Source: Treponemataceae bacterium
Lineage (GTDB): Bacteria; Spirochaetota; Spirochaetia; Treponematales; Rectinemataceae
Direction of reading: 5' to 3'
DNA: 64,000 nucleotides
Assembly (NCBI GenBank): GCA_963667725.2
Contig: CAXXHO010000005.1
Span: forward strand, 800,001-864,000
The notes under the pieces are model-generated. The model was not told the origin of the DNA. It did no database searches and saw only the letters and a list, made by a program, of their open reading frames with translations. Below, piece by piece: positions 17,939 through 27,989 of this stretch. The position numbers were made by a program, and so were the translations under genes. Positions within the stretch are counted from its first letter, which is position 1; each line of letters opens with the position of its first letter.

Positions 17939-19168
17939 ATGAAAAGGCTTGCCGTGTTCACTATTATTCTAGTGAGCGTTCTCATGCCGGCGTTCTCGGC
18001 GCCGACCACGTTGACTGTACTCTGGTTCAACGATGCAAATGAATCCGAAGTATTTAAAAATACGATGGCGGATTATGTGGCAAAGAATCCAAACGTCAAA
18101 CTGGATGTACAAGTCGTGGCTTTCAGCGCCTATGAGCAGAAGCTGAAGCTGATGATCGCGGGAGGCAATCCTCCCGATGTCGCCCGGATTACGAATAATC
18201 AGATTTCAGCCTTGATCGATGCATTATTGCCCCTGGACGGAAAAATTCCAGGCTTGGAGGAAATGAAGAAAAACTACCTGTCCGCTTCGCTTGCCTTCGC
18301 CCTGGATGGTAAGGGGAAGCTCGTGGCATTCCCTACCGAAGCGACCGCGAATGGTATGCTGGTGAATAAAACAGCCTTTAAAAACGCGGGAATCGATGTG
18401 GACGCGGTTTCGAAAACCTGGACATGGACAGACTGGGAAACAATTATCGCCAAGGTTGTCGCGGTCAACTCCAAGATGAAGTACGGATTGGCGGTGGATT
18501 TCACGCCCCATAGGTTTTCCACACTGATGTTCCAGCAAGGAGGTCATTTCCTGAATGCCACCCAAACCGGGATGGACTTTGACAACCCGGGAACTATCGC
18601 CTCGCTGCGTTTCTTCAAGAGTCTGCACGACAAGGGCCTGATGCCGAAATCAGTCTGGCTGGGATCGGAGAATCCCGCCGAGCTTTTTCAAGCCGGCCTT
18701 GTGGCATGCCATATCGGAGGAAGCTGGAATATCAACACTTATAAACAAAACGTAAAGGATTTCGAATGGGGCGCCGTCAGAATGCCTAAGGGAGCGATTA
18801 ATTCCTCGGTACCAGGAGGAAAATTCATCGCCACTTTCAAGGGAGGGAAGAACGAAGCCGAAGCCCTGCGCCTGATCACCGCGTTCGCGGACAAGGATCA
18901 CACATCGGCCTATGTGCGGGATACGTTCAATCTCTCGTCCCGCACGGACACCGTCGTAAATTACCCATCCAACAGCCGGGACTTCGCCATCTTCCTTGAA
19001 GAACTCAAGGTAACTCCCTCGTTTACCGCCGATGAGTGGAAAAATGTAGAACTGAACAAGGTTAGCACCTTCATACGGGAACAAATAGTGCAAGTACTGA
19101 TGGGAAATCTGACACCTGAACAAGCAGCCAAGGCGGTACAGGAAAAGGGATCTACTTATTTCAAGTAA
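17939..19168 (+). CDS. Carbohydrate ABC transporter substrate-binding protein (CUT1)
   Basis: Signal peptide, GGNPPDV motif, AAGGAGG RBS, followed by two permeases. Confidence 0.88.
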   Translation: MKRLAVFTIILVSVLMPAFSAPTTLTVLWFNDANESEVFKNTMADYVAKNPNVKLDVQVVAFSAYEQKLKLMIAGGNPPDVARITNNQISALIDALLPLDGKIPGLEEMKKNYLSASLAFALDGKGKLVAFPTEATANGMLVNKTAFKNAGIDVDAVSKTWTWTDWETIIAKVVAVNSKMKYGLAVDFTPHRFSTLMFQQGGHFLNATQTGMDFDNPGTIASLRFFKSLHDKGLMPKSVWLGSENPAELFQAGLVACHIGGSWNINTYKQNVKDFEWGAVRMPKGAINSSVPGGKFIATFKGGKNEAEALRLITAFADKDHTSAYVRDTFNLSSRTDTVVNYPSNSRDFAIFLEELKVTPSFTADEWKNVELNKVSTFIREQIVQVLMGNLTPEQAAKAVQEKGSTYFK

Positions 19169-19212
19169 TATCTCTTGGATGTGAAGTCGAGCAACAATCG
19201 GAAGGGCGGCGA

Positions 19213-20103
19213 ATGAGAAAAAAAACGAAAAACAGCTTTAATCAGGCAACGGCTCCTATTCTTTTTCTCTTACCGAATATGATAATTTTTTCGGTATTCA
19301 TTATCATTCCCGCCTTCCAGGGATTGCGCATGGCTGCCTATGAATGGGGAATTCTTTCTACACCACGTTTTATCGGATGGGCGAATTTCCTTGAGCTGTT
19401 GAACGACGCAGTTTTCTGGAAAACATTTTCCAACACCCTGATTTATTCATTGTTCTCGGTACCATTATTGGTAGCAGTTGCGTTGCTCCTGGCCTTCTTT
19501 CTGCAAGATAATTCGATGAAGGGTGTACGTACATTCAGGTCGCTGTTTTACATCCCTTCGTTGTTAAGCATGATCACTGTCGGAATAGCGTGGCGATTTA
19601 TTCTAAGCGACGAGATGGGCATCGCGAATTACCTGATAAGGTCCATGGGAGGGGAAGACATTCACTGGCTTACGGAGCCGGGCACTGCCATGCTGAGCAT
19701 CATTCTTATTACGGTGTGGGCAGGTGCGGGTTATTTCATGGTGATAATGATAGCCGGTTTTCAGGCGATACCGCAGGAGTTGTACGAAGCCGCCCGGATA
19801 GATGGAGCCTCCCCTCAGGATACTTTCTGGAAAATTACCCTACCCATGCTTCGCGGCACTATTTTAGTAACCCTCGTCCTGGCAACCATCAATTCTTTCA
19901 AGGCCTATGAGTTGATAATAGTCACCACCGGCGGCGGGCCGGGGTATGCCACGAAATTCATTGTCCAACAGGTGTACCAAGCCGCCTTCATGGAAGATCG
20001 AATGGGCTATGCGGCCATGATGTCCATCGTGTTGATGATCCTCATCTCCGTGATCACCGCATTCCAATTCGTTCTTACGGGGAAGAAGCAAGATTATGAA
20101 TAG
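19213..20103 (+). CDS. Carbohydrate ABC transporter permease
   Basis: EAA loop YEAARIDGA, multiple TMs. Confidence 0.92.
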   Translation: MRKKTKNSFNQATAPILFLLPNMIIFSVFIIIPAFQGLRMAAYEWGILSTPRFIGWANFLELLNDAVFWKTFSNTLIYSLFSVPLLVAVALLLAFFLQDNSMKGVRTFRSLFYIPSLLSMITVGIAWRFILSDEMGIANYLIRSMGGEDIHWLTEPGTAMLSIILITVWAGAGYFMVIMIAGFQAIPQELYEAARIDGASPQDTFWKITLPMLRGTILVTLVLATINSFKAYELIIVTTGGGPGYATKFIVQQVYQAAFMEDRMGYAAMMSIVLMILISVITAFQFVLTGKKQDYE

Positions 20104-20917
20104 ACGCGGCAAGCCTTTTTTACTTTATGCACTGATCGCGTTATTCGCGGCGATGACGGTGTTTCCGATACTATGGGCAGCGCTTTCCTCCTTTAAGCCG
20201 CAGTCGGAACTATTCACCGTTCCCCTTAAACTTCTCCCCTCTAGCTGGACAACGTCAAATTATGTTGCCGCTGTCGGGCAGGGTAATTTTCTACAATATT
20301 TTTCAAATACCGTGTTCGTAGCGGTGACAGCCACGCTCATCACGGTGACCATAAATCTAATGGCCGGATACGCGCTGGCCAAATATAAGTTTCCAGGCCG
20401 AGAGGCAATATTCACCATAATGCTGGCTACGTTGATGATACCGCTGCAAGTGATTATGGTTCCGATATTTCTCCAATTGAAAGCCCTCGGACTTCTCAAT
20501 TCGCTTTGGGGTATTATCATTCCCCCCGCGGCGACTCCCACCGGAATATTTCTCGCGCGGCAATATCTTCAGACTTTGCCCGATTCACTCATAGAGGCGG
20601 CCAGGATCGACGGAGCCGGAGAGCTTTTCATTTTTCGCAAAGTTATAGCGCCCTTGGCGAAACCGGTCATAGCAACTATCGCGATTTTTTCATTCATGTG
20701 GCGATGGAATGATTATCTCTGGCCTCTTATCGTGATAACGGACAATAAAAAACAGACTATGCAGCAAGCTTTGGCCAACTTTGTCGGACAACTTCAGATC
20801 AATTGGTCAAGTCTATTAGCCATGACGACGATCGCCATCATTCCCATGATCATAGTGTTTCTCCTTTTCCAAAAGCATTTCTTGTCAGGCATCACAACTG
20901 GCGCGGTAAAAGGCTAG
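20096..20917 (+). CDS. Carbohydrate ABC transporter permease
   Basis: EAA loop IEAARIDGA, WNDYLWP. Confidence 0.92.
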   Translation: MNRRGKPFLLYALIALFAAMTVFPILWAALSSFKPQSELFTVPLKLLPSSWTTSNYVAAVGQGNFLQYFSNTVFVAVTATLITVTINLMAGYALAKYKFPGREAIFTIMLATLMIPLQVIMVPIFLQLKALGLLNSLWGIIIPPAATPTGIFLARQYLQTLPDSLIEAARIDGAGELFIFRKVIAPLAKPVIATIAIFSFMWRWNDYLWPLIVITDNKKQTMQQALANFVGQLQINWSSLLAMTTIAIIPMIIVFLLFQKHFLSGITTGAVKG

Positions 20918-20920
20918 GAT

Positions 20921-23338
20921 ATGAAAAAAACAGTCGGGAATCTTTATGACTACAAATTGGATTCAGGGCAGGGAAATCATGCTCTCTTCACCGCCTTCGG
21001 AGAGGGAGGGAAAATTCATGTATCGTTCCATACACCCACTGTAATCAAAGTGGAATATGAATTTGACGGCATAAAAATCGCGCCGGAATTCAGGGAAGCC
21101 AGCTCTTTTATCACCTCGGGTGACTATACAAATCTGGTGGCACCCAACGTTTCTATAGAAGAAACAGACCTTGATTATTCACTGGCCGTATCAAATGGAC
21201 CACATCCTCCTACTATCGTGCGCATAGAGAAAAAGCATGGCACTCAGTCAGTTTATCAGGGAGAATTCCTCGTTCATGGCGGCAAGCTCGGGACTCATGA
21301 CACGGTTATTCCGACCTATCCGGTGCGATGCCTTTCCGAGAGCATGGATTTATCCCCGCTCGCGCGATTCAACTTCCCCCTAGCGGCCGAGGATGCATTT
21401 TATGGCTTGGGCGATAAGGCGGGACCACCCAACCGTCGCGGGTTTCGATTCAAGTTTTCCAATCGAGATGCCTTGGGCTACGACGCCGAAAAATCGGATC
21501 CACTCTACAAATCAATACCATTTTTTATAAAGAAAAATGTAGTCACCGGAGTCTGTTGCGGCCTTTTTTTCCCCTCCGCGTGGATCGAAGACATGGATTT
21601 TGGCAGGGAAAGCCCTTACTACTTCAAGGTCGATGTAAGAGGCGGGCCTTTTTCCTATTTCATCTTCTTAGGCCCGGCCTATCGGGACATTTTGGAAGCC
21701 TATTCCCGCATCACAGGTTTCCCGACGCTACCTCCGCTCTTCAGTTTCGGCTTTTTAGGATCTTCGATGAACTATGTGGAAGGAGACGATGCGGAGGAAA
21801 AAATAGAGCGGTATTTCAACAGGGTGGAGGAAGAAGAAATTCCTTGCGAAGGAATGTATGTATCCTCGGGATATTTAAAGGCTCAAGACGGAAAACGATA
21901 TGCGTTTCTTTGGAATAAGGACAAGTTTCCCGATTACCAATCATTTATCAGAAAGCTTTCTGGTCGAGGCTACAATTTATGCATGAACATAAAGCCCGGT
22001 ATACTCTGTTCGCACCCCTGGTATAAAAAGATCGCATCGAATGGATTTTTAATAAAGAATGCCGAAGGAAGGCCATACAAGGAATTCTTCTGGGGCGGGG
22101 AAGCTTCCTTCATCGATTTTGACAATCATTCAGCGGCAGCGTGGTGGAAATCCCAGCTTAGGGAAACGTATATCGAACATGGCTGTACGGGAATCTGGAA
22201 TGATAATAATGAGCTCGAGTTGGAGGAACCTGGACTTCCCGTATATAAGACCAAACAGTTGTACCCAGTTAAAATGGCCAAGGCGGCATACGAGGCATTC
22301 AAAGAATTCAATCCGGAAGAAAGGCCTTGGATTTATTCGCGCTCGGGATATTCGGGATTGCAGCGATATGCCCGCACATGGACAGGGGACAATTGCAGCG
22401 ATTGGAAGACACTGCAATTCAATCAATATATGGGGTTGTCCCTCGGTCTGAGCGGCATGCCCTTTTACGGTCATGATTTGGGAGGATTCTTCGGTGATCC
22501 GCCCTCCGAGGAGCTGTTGATGCGTAGCTGTCAGTCTGCCGTGTTTCAGCCCCGTTTCGTGATACATTCCTGGCGGGAAGATGGAAACCCTACCGAACCC
22601 TGGACCTTTCCCCGAGTCAAGGATCGAATTCGCGAATATATCCTCGAACATTACCGATTCATGCCCTATACCTACAATTGTGCGATCATGGCATCATTGC
22701 ACGGCTTGCCTATCGAAAGGCCGCTATTCCTGGAATATCCTGAAGACAGGCATCTGAATGAGCTGGATCCCCATTATATGTACGGGCCGTCAATTCTGAA
22801 AGTCCTCGTCGTTCGGGAGTCAGATCTGGCCACCACCGTACGATTTCCTTCCTCCGATTCCTGGTATGATCCGGTAGAACATTATCTATATCAACATGGC
22901 GGCAGCGCTCTGGTGAAAGTTCCCTTAGAAGGAGCGCGATGGTTCGCGAAGGCGGGATCAGTGATCCCGACAAGTCCTGGGCTTGTCAAGTTGAACACCG
23001 CCTATTTCGCGTTAGTCGATTTTATGGCATACCCTCCCGATAAAACCGAAGAGCGGGTGTTCACCTATTTTGAGGATGACGGCAAAGCTGAATGGAGCCT
23101 TGGTCGATACAACGAATGGGTGATTCATCTGGCTTACGACAAGAACAAGCATCATGGCACTATTAGAATTCATGAAGCGTACCATGGAGGAACAGATTCC
23201 GATCCTGATCGCGCATTCCGCTTTTCCCTTCCCCCTTCTTTCCAGTTCACCGGAAGCGCTGCAGCCGAGATTACGGTAGGACAACTTCATCTTGATGGAA
23301 CTTACGCATTGGATTTTGAGGGTGGCTATCACGGATAA
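20921..23338 (+). CDS. Glycoside hydrolase family 31 (alpha-glycosidase)
   Basis: DPLYKSIPF, nucleophile motif GIWNDNNE, acid/base motif TWTGDN, GHDLGGF. Confidence 0.9.
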   Translation: MKKTVGNLYDYKLDSGQGNHALFTAFGEGGKIHVSFHTPTVIKVEYEFDGIKIAPEFREASSFITSGDYTNLVAPNVSIEETDLDYSLAVSNGPHPPTIVRIEKKHGTQSVYQGEFLVHGGKLGTHDTVIPTYPVRCLSESMDLSPLARFNFPLAAEDAFYGLGDKAGPPNRRGFRFKFSNRDALGYDAEKSDPLYKSIPFFIKKNVVTGVCCGLFFPSAWIEDMDFGRESPYYFKVDVRGGPFSYFIFLGPAYRDILEAYSRITGFPTLPPLFSFGFLGSSMNYVEGDDAEEKIERYFNRVEEEEIPCEGMYVSSGYLKAQDGKRYAFLWNKDKFPDYQSFIRKLSGRGYNLCMNIKPGILCSHPWYKKIASNGFLIKNAEGRPYKEFFWGGEASFIDFDNHSAAAWWKSQLRETYIEHGCTGIWNDNNELELEEPGLPVYKTKQLYPVKMAKAAYEAFKEFNPEERPWIYSRSGYSGLQRYARTWTGDNCSDWKTLQFNQYMGLSLGLSGMPFYGHDLGGFFGDPPSEELLMRSCQSAVFQPRFVIHSWREDGNPTEPWTFPRVKDRIREYILEHYRFMPYTYNCAIMASLHGLPIERPLFLEYPEDRHLNELDPHYMYGPSILKVLVVRESDLATTVRFPSSDSWYDPVEHYLYQHGGSALVKVPLEGARWFAKAGSVIPTSPGLVKLNTAYFALVDFMAYPPDKTEERVFTYFEDDGKAEWSLGRYNEWVIHLAYDKNKHHGTIRIHEAYHGGTDSDPDRAFRFSLPPSFQFTGSAAAEITVGQLHLDGTYALDFEGGYHG

Positions 23339-23364
23339 CACATATTCATCAAAAGGATGTTCAT

Positions 23365-24378
23365 ATGGACGTAAGCGTTAAGCAGCTAATGCTTGTTGGT
23401 AAGTTGAAGATCGAGATTAGAGAAAAAACACTTTCCGCGGAGCCTGGCAGCGTAGTGGTAAAAAATCACTACGCACTAATAAGCCCAGGGACCGAATTGG
23501 CGTTGTTTACTGGTACCCACATAGGATTTTCAGATCCGGAAATCACCTGGGCTCGTTACCCATTGCAGCCCGGCTATGCCTCAGTAGGCACGATCACTTT
23601 CATCGGCTGCGATGTTACGGGATTTACCATAGGCGAGCAGGTTCTCCATTTTAAGCCTCATGCCGATCAAGCAATCCTTACACCGAGAAAGGATTTGATT
23701 TTTAAAATACCTGTGGGGCTAGACAGTAAAAGAGCCCTATTCGCCCGGTTTGGCCAGATAGCATACACGGCTGTTGCCGCATCCGGAAAGAAGGATGGAA
23801 ATGTGCTTGTGCTTGGTGGTGGAATCGTCGGCAATTTATGCGCTCAGCTTTTTCAAGCCAAACAGGGACGAAAAGCGATAATCGCAGATATTGCCCAATC
23901 CCGTGCCGCCTTGGCATTGCGCTGCGGAGTCGATGCATCAATCTGCACTTCGATCCGCGATATTGAAGAAGCGATCCCTTCGCTTACCAATGGAGAAGGA
24001 GTATCCACCGTCGTGGAGGCAACGGGGGTTCCGAATCTCGTAACGGAATCGCTTAAGGTGGTGAATAGACTTGGAGAGGTAATCCTTCTCGGTTCCACAA
24101 GGGGGAAGGTGGAAATAGACGTCTACAAGCTAGTCCACCGCAAAGCCGTCAGCCTGGTTGGGGCGCACGAAAGCAGATATCCGCTTTTTTCGACATCCGA
24201 ATCCCTCGCTTCACATAATTTGTTCGGTAATGAGGTGCTAAGGATGATAGCGGGGAACGAGCTCAAGGTAGAGGAGTTCCTAACGGATATCGTACCACCA
24301 GCGCGGGTGGCCGACGCCTATGATCTTCTACTGAATGATCGTGATACGCATCTCGGAATAATAATCGACTGGGAATGA
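23365..24378 (+). CDS. MDR-superfamily (zinc-type alcohol dehydrogenase-like) oxidoreductase
   Basis: ISPGTE, PGYASVG, GGGIVG nucleotide-binding motif. Confidence 0.82.
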   Translation: MDVSVKQLMLVGKLKIEIREKTLSAEPGSVVVKNHYALISPGTELALFTGTHIGFSDPEITWARYPLQPGYASVGTITFIGCDVTGFTIGEQVLHFKPHADQAILTPRKDLIFKIPVGLDSKRALFARFGQIAYTAVAASGKKDGNVLVLGGGIVGNLCAQLFQAKQGRKAIIADIAQSRAALALRCGVDASICTSIRDIEEAIPSLTNGEGVSTVVEATGVPNLVTESLKVVNRLGEVILLGSTRGKVEIDVYKLVHRKAVSLVGAHESRYPLFSTSESLASHNLFGNEVLRMIAGNELKVEEFLTDIVPPARVADAYDLLLNDRDTHLGIIIDWE

Positions 24379-24388
24379 GGAGCAAGAC

Positions 24389-25252
24389 ATGATGGAACGA
24401 AAGTCAAGGCTGACAGGCATTGGGGACGAGGGTGGAGCCAGTATAGCAGTACAGATTTCCAACCATCGAAATTTGGGGTGGGACAGCATTGAGTTGCGGA
24501 GTATCGATGGAAAAAACATATGCGAGATGGATGACAAGGCATTCGATTCCGTCTATGCCGAAATAAAGGAAGCAGGGATCCGCACAATCTGTTTCGGCTC
24601 GTCAATTGCAAACTGGGCCAGACCGATCAGTACCCCCTTTTCCCGAGATATCGAAGACCTGCGCCGGGCCGTTCCCAGGATGCGCCGCCTGGGGACATCC
24701 TTCATCAGGATCATGTCCTATCCCAATGACGGCGGGGATGAAAAATCTTGGAAGGTCGAAGTTTTTAAGCGAATGAGCGAACTCGTGACCATCGCCGAGG
24801 GAGAAGGCATTGTGCTTGTATTGGAAAATTGCGACGGGTGGGCATCGACAACGCCTCGGCAGCTTTCCGAACTTCTTTCTCATTTTCACACCAACGCGTT
24901 ACGGGTCGTTTTTGATCCAGGCAACCCGATAGGACACGGGGCTAACGTTGAAGATGTTTGGTCATTCTACCGAGCAGCCTTGCCGTATATTGTCCATTTC
25001 CATATCAAGGATTGTAGGCGCTTTCCGGATGGGAGCATACAACACGTAATGCCAGGAGATGGAGATTGCGACGTGGAGGAGATCATTCGTAACCTTGTGA
25101 AAACGGGATATTCAGGAATGTTCTCTATCGAACCTCATCTCTCGGTCAGCGCGCATCTTGGCAGTATATCATTCGAAGGCAATAATTTACAGGAAAACTA
25201 TCTTGAATATGGACGCCGAGCACAAGGAATACTAGATAAAATTGGAACCTAG
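24389..25252 (+). CDS. Sugar phosphate isomerase/epimerase (TIM barrel)
   Basis: LVLEN, FDPGN, HFHIKD, SIEPH. Confidence 0.85.
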   Translation: MMERKSRLTGIGDEGGASIAVQISNHRNLGWDSIELRSIDGKNICEMDDKAFDSVYAEIKEAGIRTICFGSSIANWARPISTPFSRDIEDLRRAVPRMRRLGTSFIRIMSYPNDGGDEKSWKVEVFKRMSELVTIAEGEGIVLVLENCDGWASTTPRQLSELLSHFHTNALRVVFDPGNPIGHGANVEDVWSFYRAALPYIVHFHIKDCRRFPDGSIQHVMPGDGDCDVEEIIRNLVKTGYSGMFSIEPHLSVSAHLGSISFEGNNLQENYLEYGRRAQGILDKIGT

Positions 25253-25310
25253 AAGAAAACACGTTGTTGATCAGGGGATTATCAAGTAGGATAATCCATA
25301 GAGGCTTAGG

Positions 25311-26339
25311 GTGGAAGAAAAGCAGGACAAGAACGTTACTATCCTTGATGTTGCGCACATGGCGGGTGTATCTCCTTCCACAGTAACACATACCCTAAAC
25401 GGAAAAAGACCAGTTGGCGAAAAAACCCGGGATCGGGTGATGAAAGCCATCACGGCGCTGAACTATATTCCATCATCAAACGCTCAGAGTCTTCGCGGCG
25501 GCAAATCGAGGATTATTGGTTGCCTTGCCATGGATATCACCGAGACCTTCGTCAATCAAATCGTGCGGGGAGTTGAGCGAGGCCTGTCGGGGAGTGGACT
25601 TTCCCTGCTCTTCGTTTCCAGAGTGGAATTCGGCAATGATTATGAAGCAGCTTATGCCTTTCTCAAGGGTCATTCCATCGATGGTCTGCTTTTATGCCAT
25701 CATCTTCCTCTGGGGCCGGTCCTGTATCCCGCTGTTGCCCGAAACCAAGTTCCTACCGCATCGGTGAACATGGAGATCCCTGGGGTGATTTCGGTCATTC
25801 CGGACAACTACCAGGGTGGTTTCCATGCGGCGGAACACTTATATGCTTCGGGGATGCGCCATCCGGCTATGATCTGCGGTCCGGCGAATCGACTATCCGT
25901 CCAAGACCGATTGAGAGGATTTCGTTCCCGTCTCAAGGATCTTGGTTTGGAGCTCGAGGAGCGCAATATCCTGTTCGGCGAGTATGACTTCGATAATGGG
26001 TACGAATCATCGCAAAAGCTCATGGATTCCCGCAAGGAAATCGATGGCATATTCTGTGCCAACGATTACATAGCCGCAGGCACTATAGCCCGGCTGATTG
26101 AGATGGGCATCGCAATACCTGACCAGGTACGCGTTCTTGGATTCGACAACCGTGACTTTTCGGCCTTCAAGCCCATTCCGATCAGCACCTTTGAGCAACC
26201 TTTACAGGAGATGGGGTTTATGGCGATCAGCTTGCTCCGTAATGTAATCGACACTGGCGGACAGCAAAGCAACTCATCGAAACATGTGCTGCAATCGAGA
26301 CTTATCCCACGGGCAAGTACGATGAAATTAATAGTATGA
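25311..26339 (+). CDS. LacI-family transcriptional regulator
   Basis: TILDVAHMAGVSPSTV HTH, FCANDYIA, GFDN. Confidence 0.92.
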   Translation: MEEKQDKNVTILDVAHMAGVSPSTVTHTLNGKRPVGEKTRDRVMKAITALNYIPSSNAQSLRGGKSRIIGCLAMDITETFVNQIVRGVERGLSGSGLSLLFVSRVEFGNDYEAAYAFLKGHSIDGLLLCHHLPLGPVLYPAVARNQVPTASVNMEIPGVISVIPDNYQGGFHAAEHLYASGMRHPAMICGPANRLSVQDRLRGFRSRLKDLGLELEERNILFGEYDFDNGYESSQKLMDSRKEIDGIFCANDYIAAGTIARLIEMGIAIPDQVRVLGFDNRDFSAFKPIPISTFEQPLQEMGFMAISLLRNVIDTGGQQSNSSKHVLQSRLIPRASTMKLIV

Positions 26340-26630
26340 ACCCACACGCCAATACAAAAGAATCAAATCCACAATGATATTGTACAGTGCTCTGTAAACG
26401 CCATCCATTGTATCTGTAACTCTCTAGGAAAGGATCTTTCTGGAATACAGCTCAATGATCGTTACCAGATAAACATGGCCGCTCGAACTCTTGAAATAGA
26501 TTTTATCCGAAGCCCAGAATGGGGTTGACAGCCATATCGCCTTCCCTCTGGCTCGTCTTCAACCTGACACTCGTGGGCACCCTGCCCATGCTCTGGATGC
26601 TGCGCTGAGGGAAGAACGGCCCGCCGCAGA

Positions 26631-27803
26631 TTATTCCAGCGCCACCCTGTCCTTCGCCAGCGCCGAGGGATCGGCGAAAAAAGCGCCCACGCCTTTGTCC
26701 GTCAGTTCCGTGTAGGAAGGCAGCCCGTCGAGGGCTATCGGCTTCTCGGGGTACATCATGCCCCAGACCTCGAGCACCTTCTCGATGGTTGTCACATGCC
26801 TGCCGACCCTCACCTCGATGGGCCAGCCCTTTTCGTCAATCGGCCAGTAGAGGAGGCCGGCCTTTCCGGCCTTGAGGACGAAATCGTCCTGGCCCGTGAG
26901 GAGGAGCTTCTCGTTCGTGGCTCCCCTGACGCGGTCGAGGAAGGGTTCGGGGGATTCGAAGAGGAGGGCTGTCGCGTCGGAGAAATCGCCGATCTCGCGG
27001 TGCGTGAGCCCGTGGAGGGATCTCGGCGACACCTCCATGCCGATCCTGAACTCGTTTGCGGAAAGCTCCATCGAAGCCATCGCCGCGATCTCCTGGGCAT
27101 CCTGGTGCGCCACGATGGTGCCGATGACGGGGTATTCGAGCTCGGCCTCGTGGAGGTCGATGACGAGATCCACCTTCTCCTTCCGTATCATCTCCATGAA
27201 GGCGAAGGCTGTCCGCTCGCAGATAAGGCCATTTGGCCTACCCGGCCAGGTCCTGTTGATGTTGCGGATATCCATGTAGGCCAGCATCTGGCCGCTGGGG
27301 AAATGCACATAGGTTTCGGGATCGGGCCAGGAGTCCAGGGGATTGGCCGAACGGTCGCCCATCCGGTATTTCTTCTGACCCCAGTCCGTCTTGATCGAGT
27401 AGAACTGCGGATAAGCCTCGCCCGGCCTCGTGACCGTGGAAGCGCTGCGGTTCGTGTGGATGGCGACCATGAGCCTGCCGCTCAAAGGTCTGGCGTTCTC
27501 CACCAGGAGTTCGGCGGCGAGGGTGGTGGCAGGCTCCTCGGGGTGGGTTCCCCCGAGCACGAGAATCGTCGAGCCGGGCACGCCCGAATCGAGGACGTAG
27601 ACGTTGCAGTCGTTCATCGAACCCGCGAGCGGGGCGAACCATTCGTGCAGCGATCGCGTCGAGGTGACGCCCGGGCCCAAAACCACTGTTTCCTTCCAGT
27701 TCCGGTGGTCGTAGAAAGCCTTCCCCGCGAAAACCATCACCGCGAGCCAGAGTACCAGCGCCAGGCCCTTGAATATCGTCGCGCTTTTTTCATCATCTTT
27801 CAT
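26631..27803 (-). CDS. Membrane-anchored succinylglutamate desuccinylase/aspartoacylase-like (M14) hydrolase
   Basis: N-terminal TM; GGTHPEE (HxxE), NINRTWPG and DLHE zinc-carboxypeptidase motifs. Confidence 0.8.
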   Translation of the reverse strand: MKDDEKSATIFKGLALVLWLAVMVFAGKAFYDHRNWKETVVLGPGVTSTRSLHEWFAPLAGSMNDCNVYVLDSGVPGSTILVLGGTHPEEPATTLAAELLVENARPLSGRLMVAIHTNRSASTVTRPGEAYPQFYSIKTDWGQKKYRMGDRSANPLDSWPDPETYVHFPSGQMLAYMDIRNINRTWPGRPNGLICERTAFAFMEMIRKEKVDLVIDLHEAELEYPVIGTIVAHQDAQEIAAMASMELSANEFRIGMEVSPRSLHGLTHREIGDFSDATALLFESPEPFLDRVRGATNEKLLLTGQDDFVLKAGKAGLLYWPIDEKGWPIEVRVGRHVTTIEKVLEVWGMMYPEKPIALDGLPSYTELTDKGVGAFFADPSALAKDRVALE

Positions 27804-27821
27804 TGTATTCCCTCCGCGCCG

Positions 27822-27977
27822 TCATTTGAGCCTGATGAGTCGCATGACGAAGGGCATCAGCACGACCAGGTAAAGGAGCGCTTTCTGCAGGTTCTTTGTC
27901 CTGACGAAATTCCACGCGAGGCAGACCGCGAAAAAGGCCGTCATCGCGTAGTACAGAATCATCACCGCATCGTTCAT
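27822..27977 (-). CDS. Small two-TM membrane protein (51 aa, not in the ORF track)
   Basis: MNDAVMILYYAMTAFFAVCLAWNFVRTKNLQKALLYLVVLMPFVMRLIRLK*; GGAGG RBS; fills the gap in the operon. Confidence 0.75.
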   Translation of the reverse strand: MNDAVMILYYAMTAFFAVCLAWNFVRTKNLQKALLYLVVLMPFVMRLIRLK

Positions 27978-27989
27978 GGCATTCCCTCC

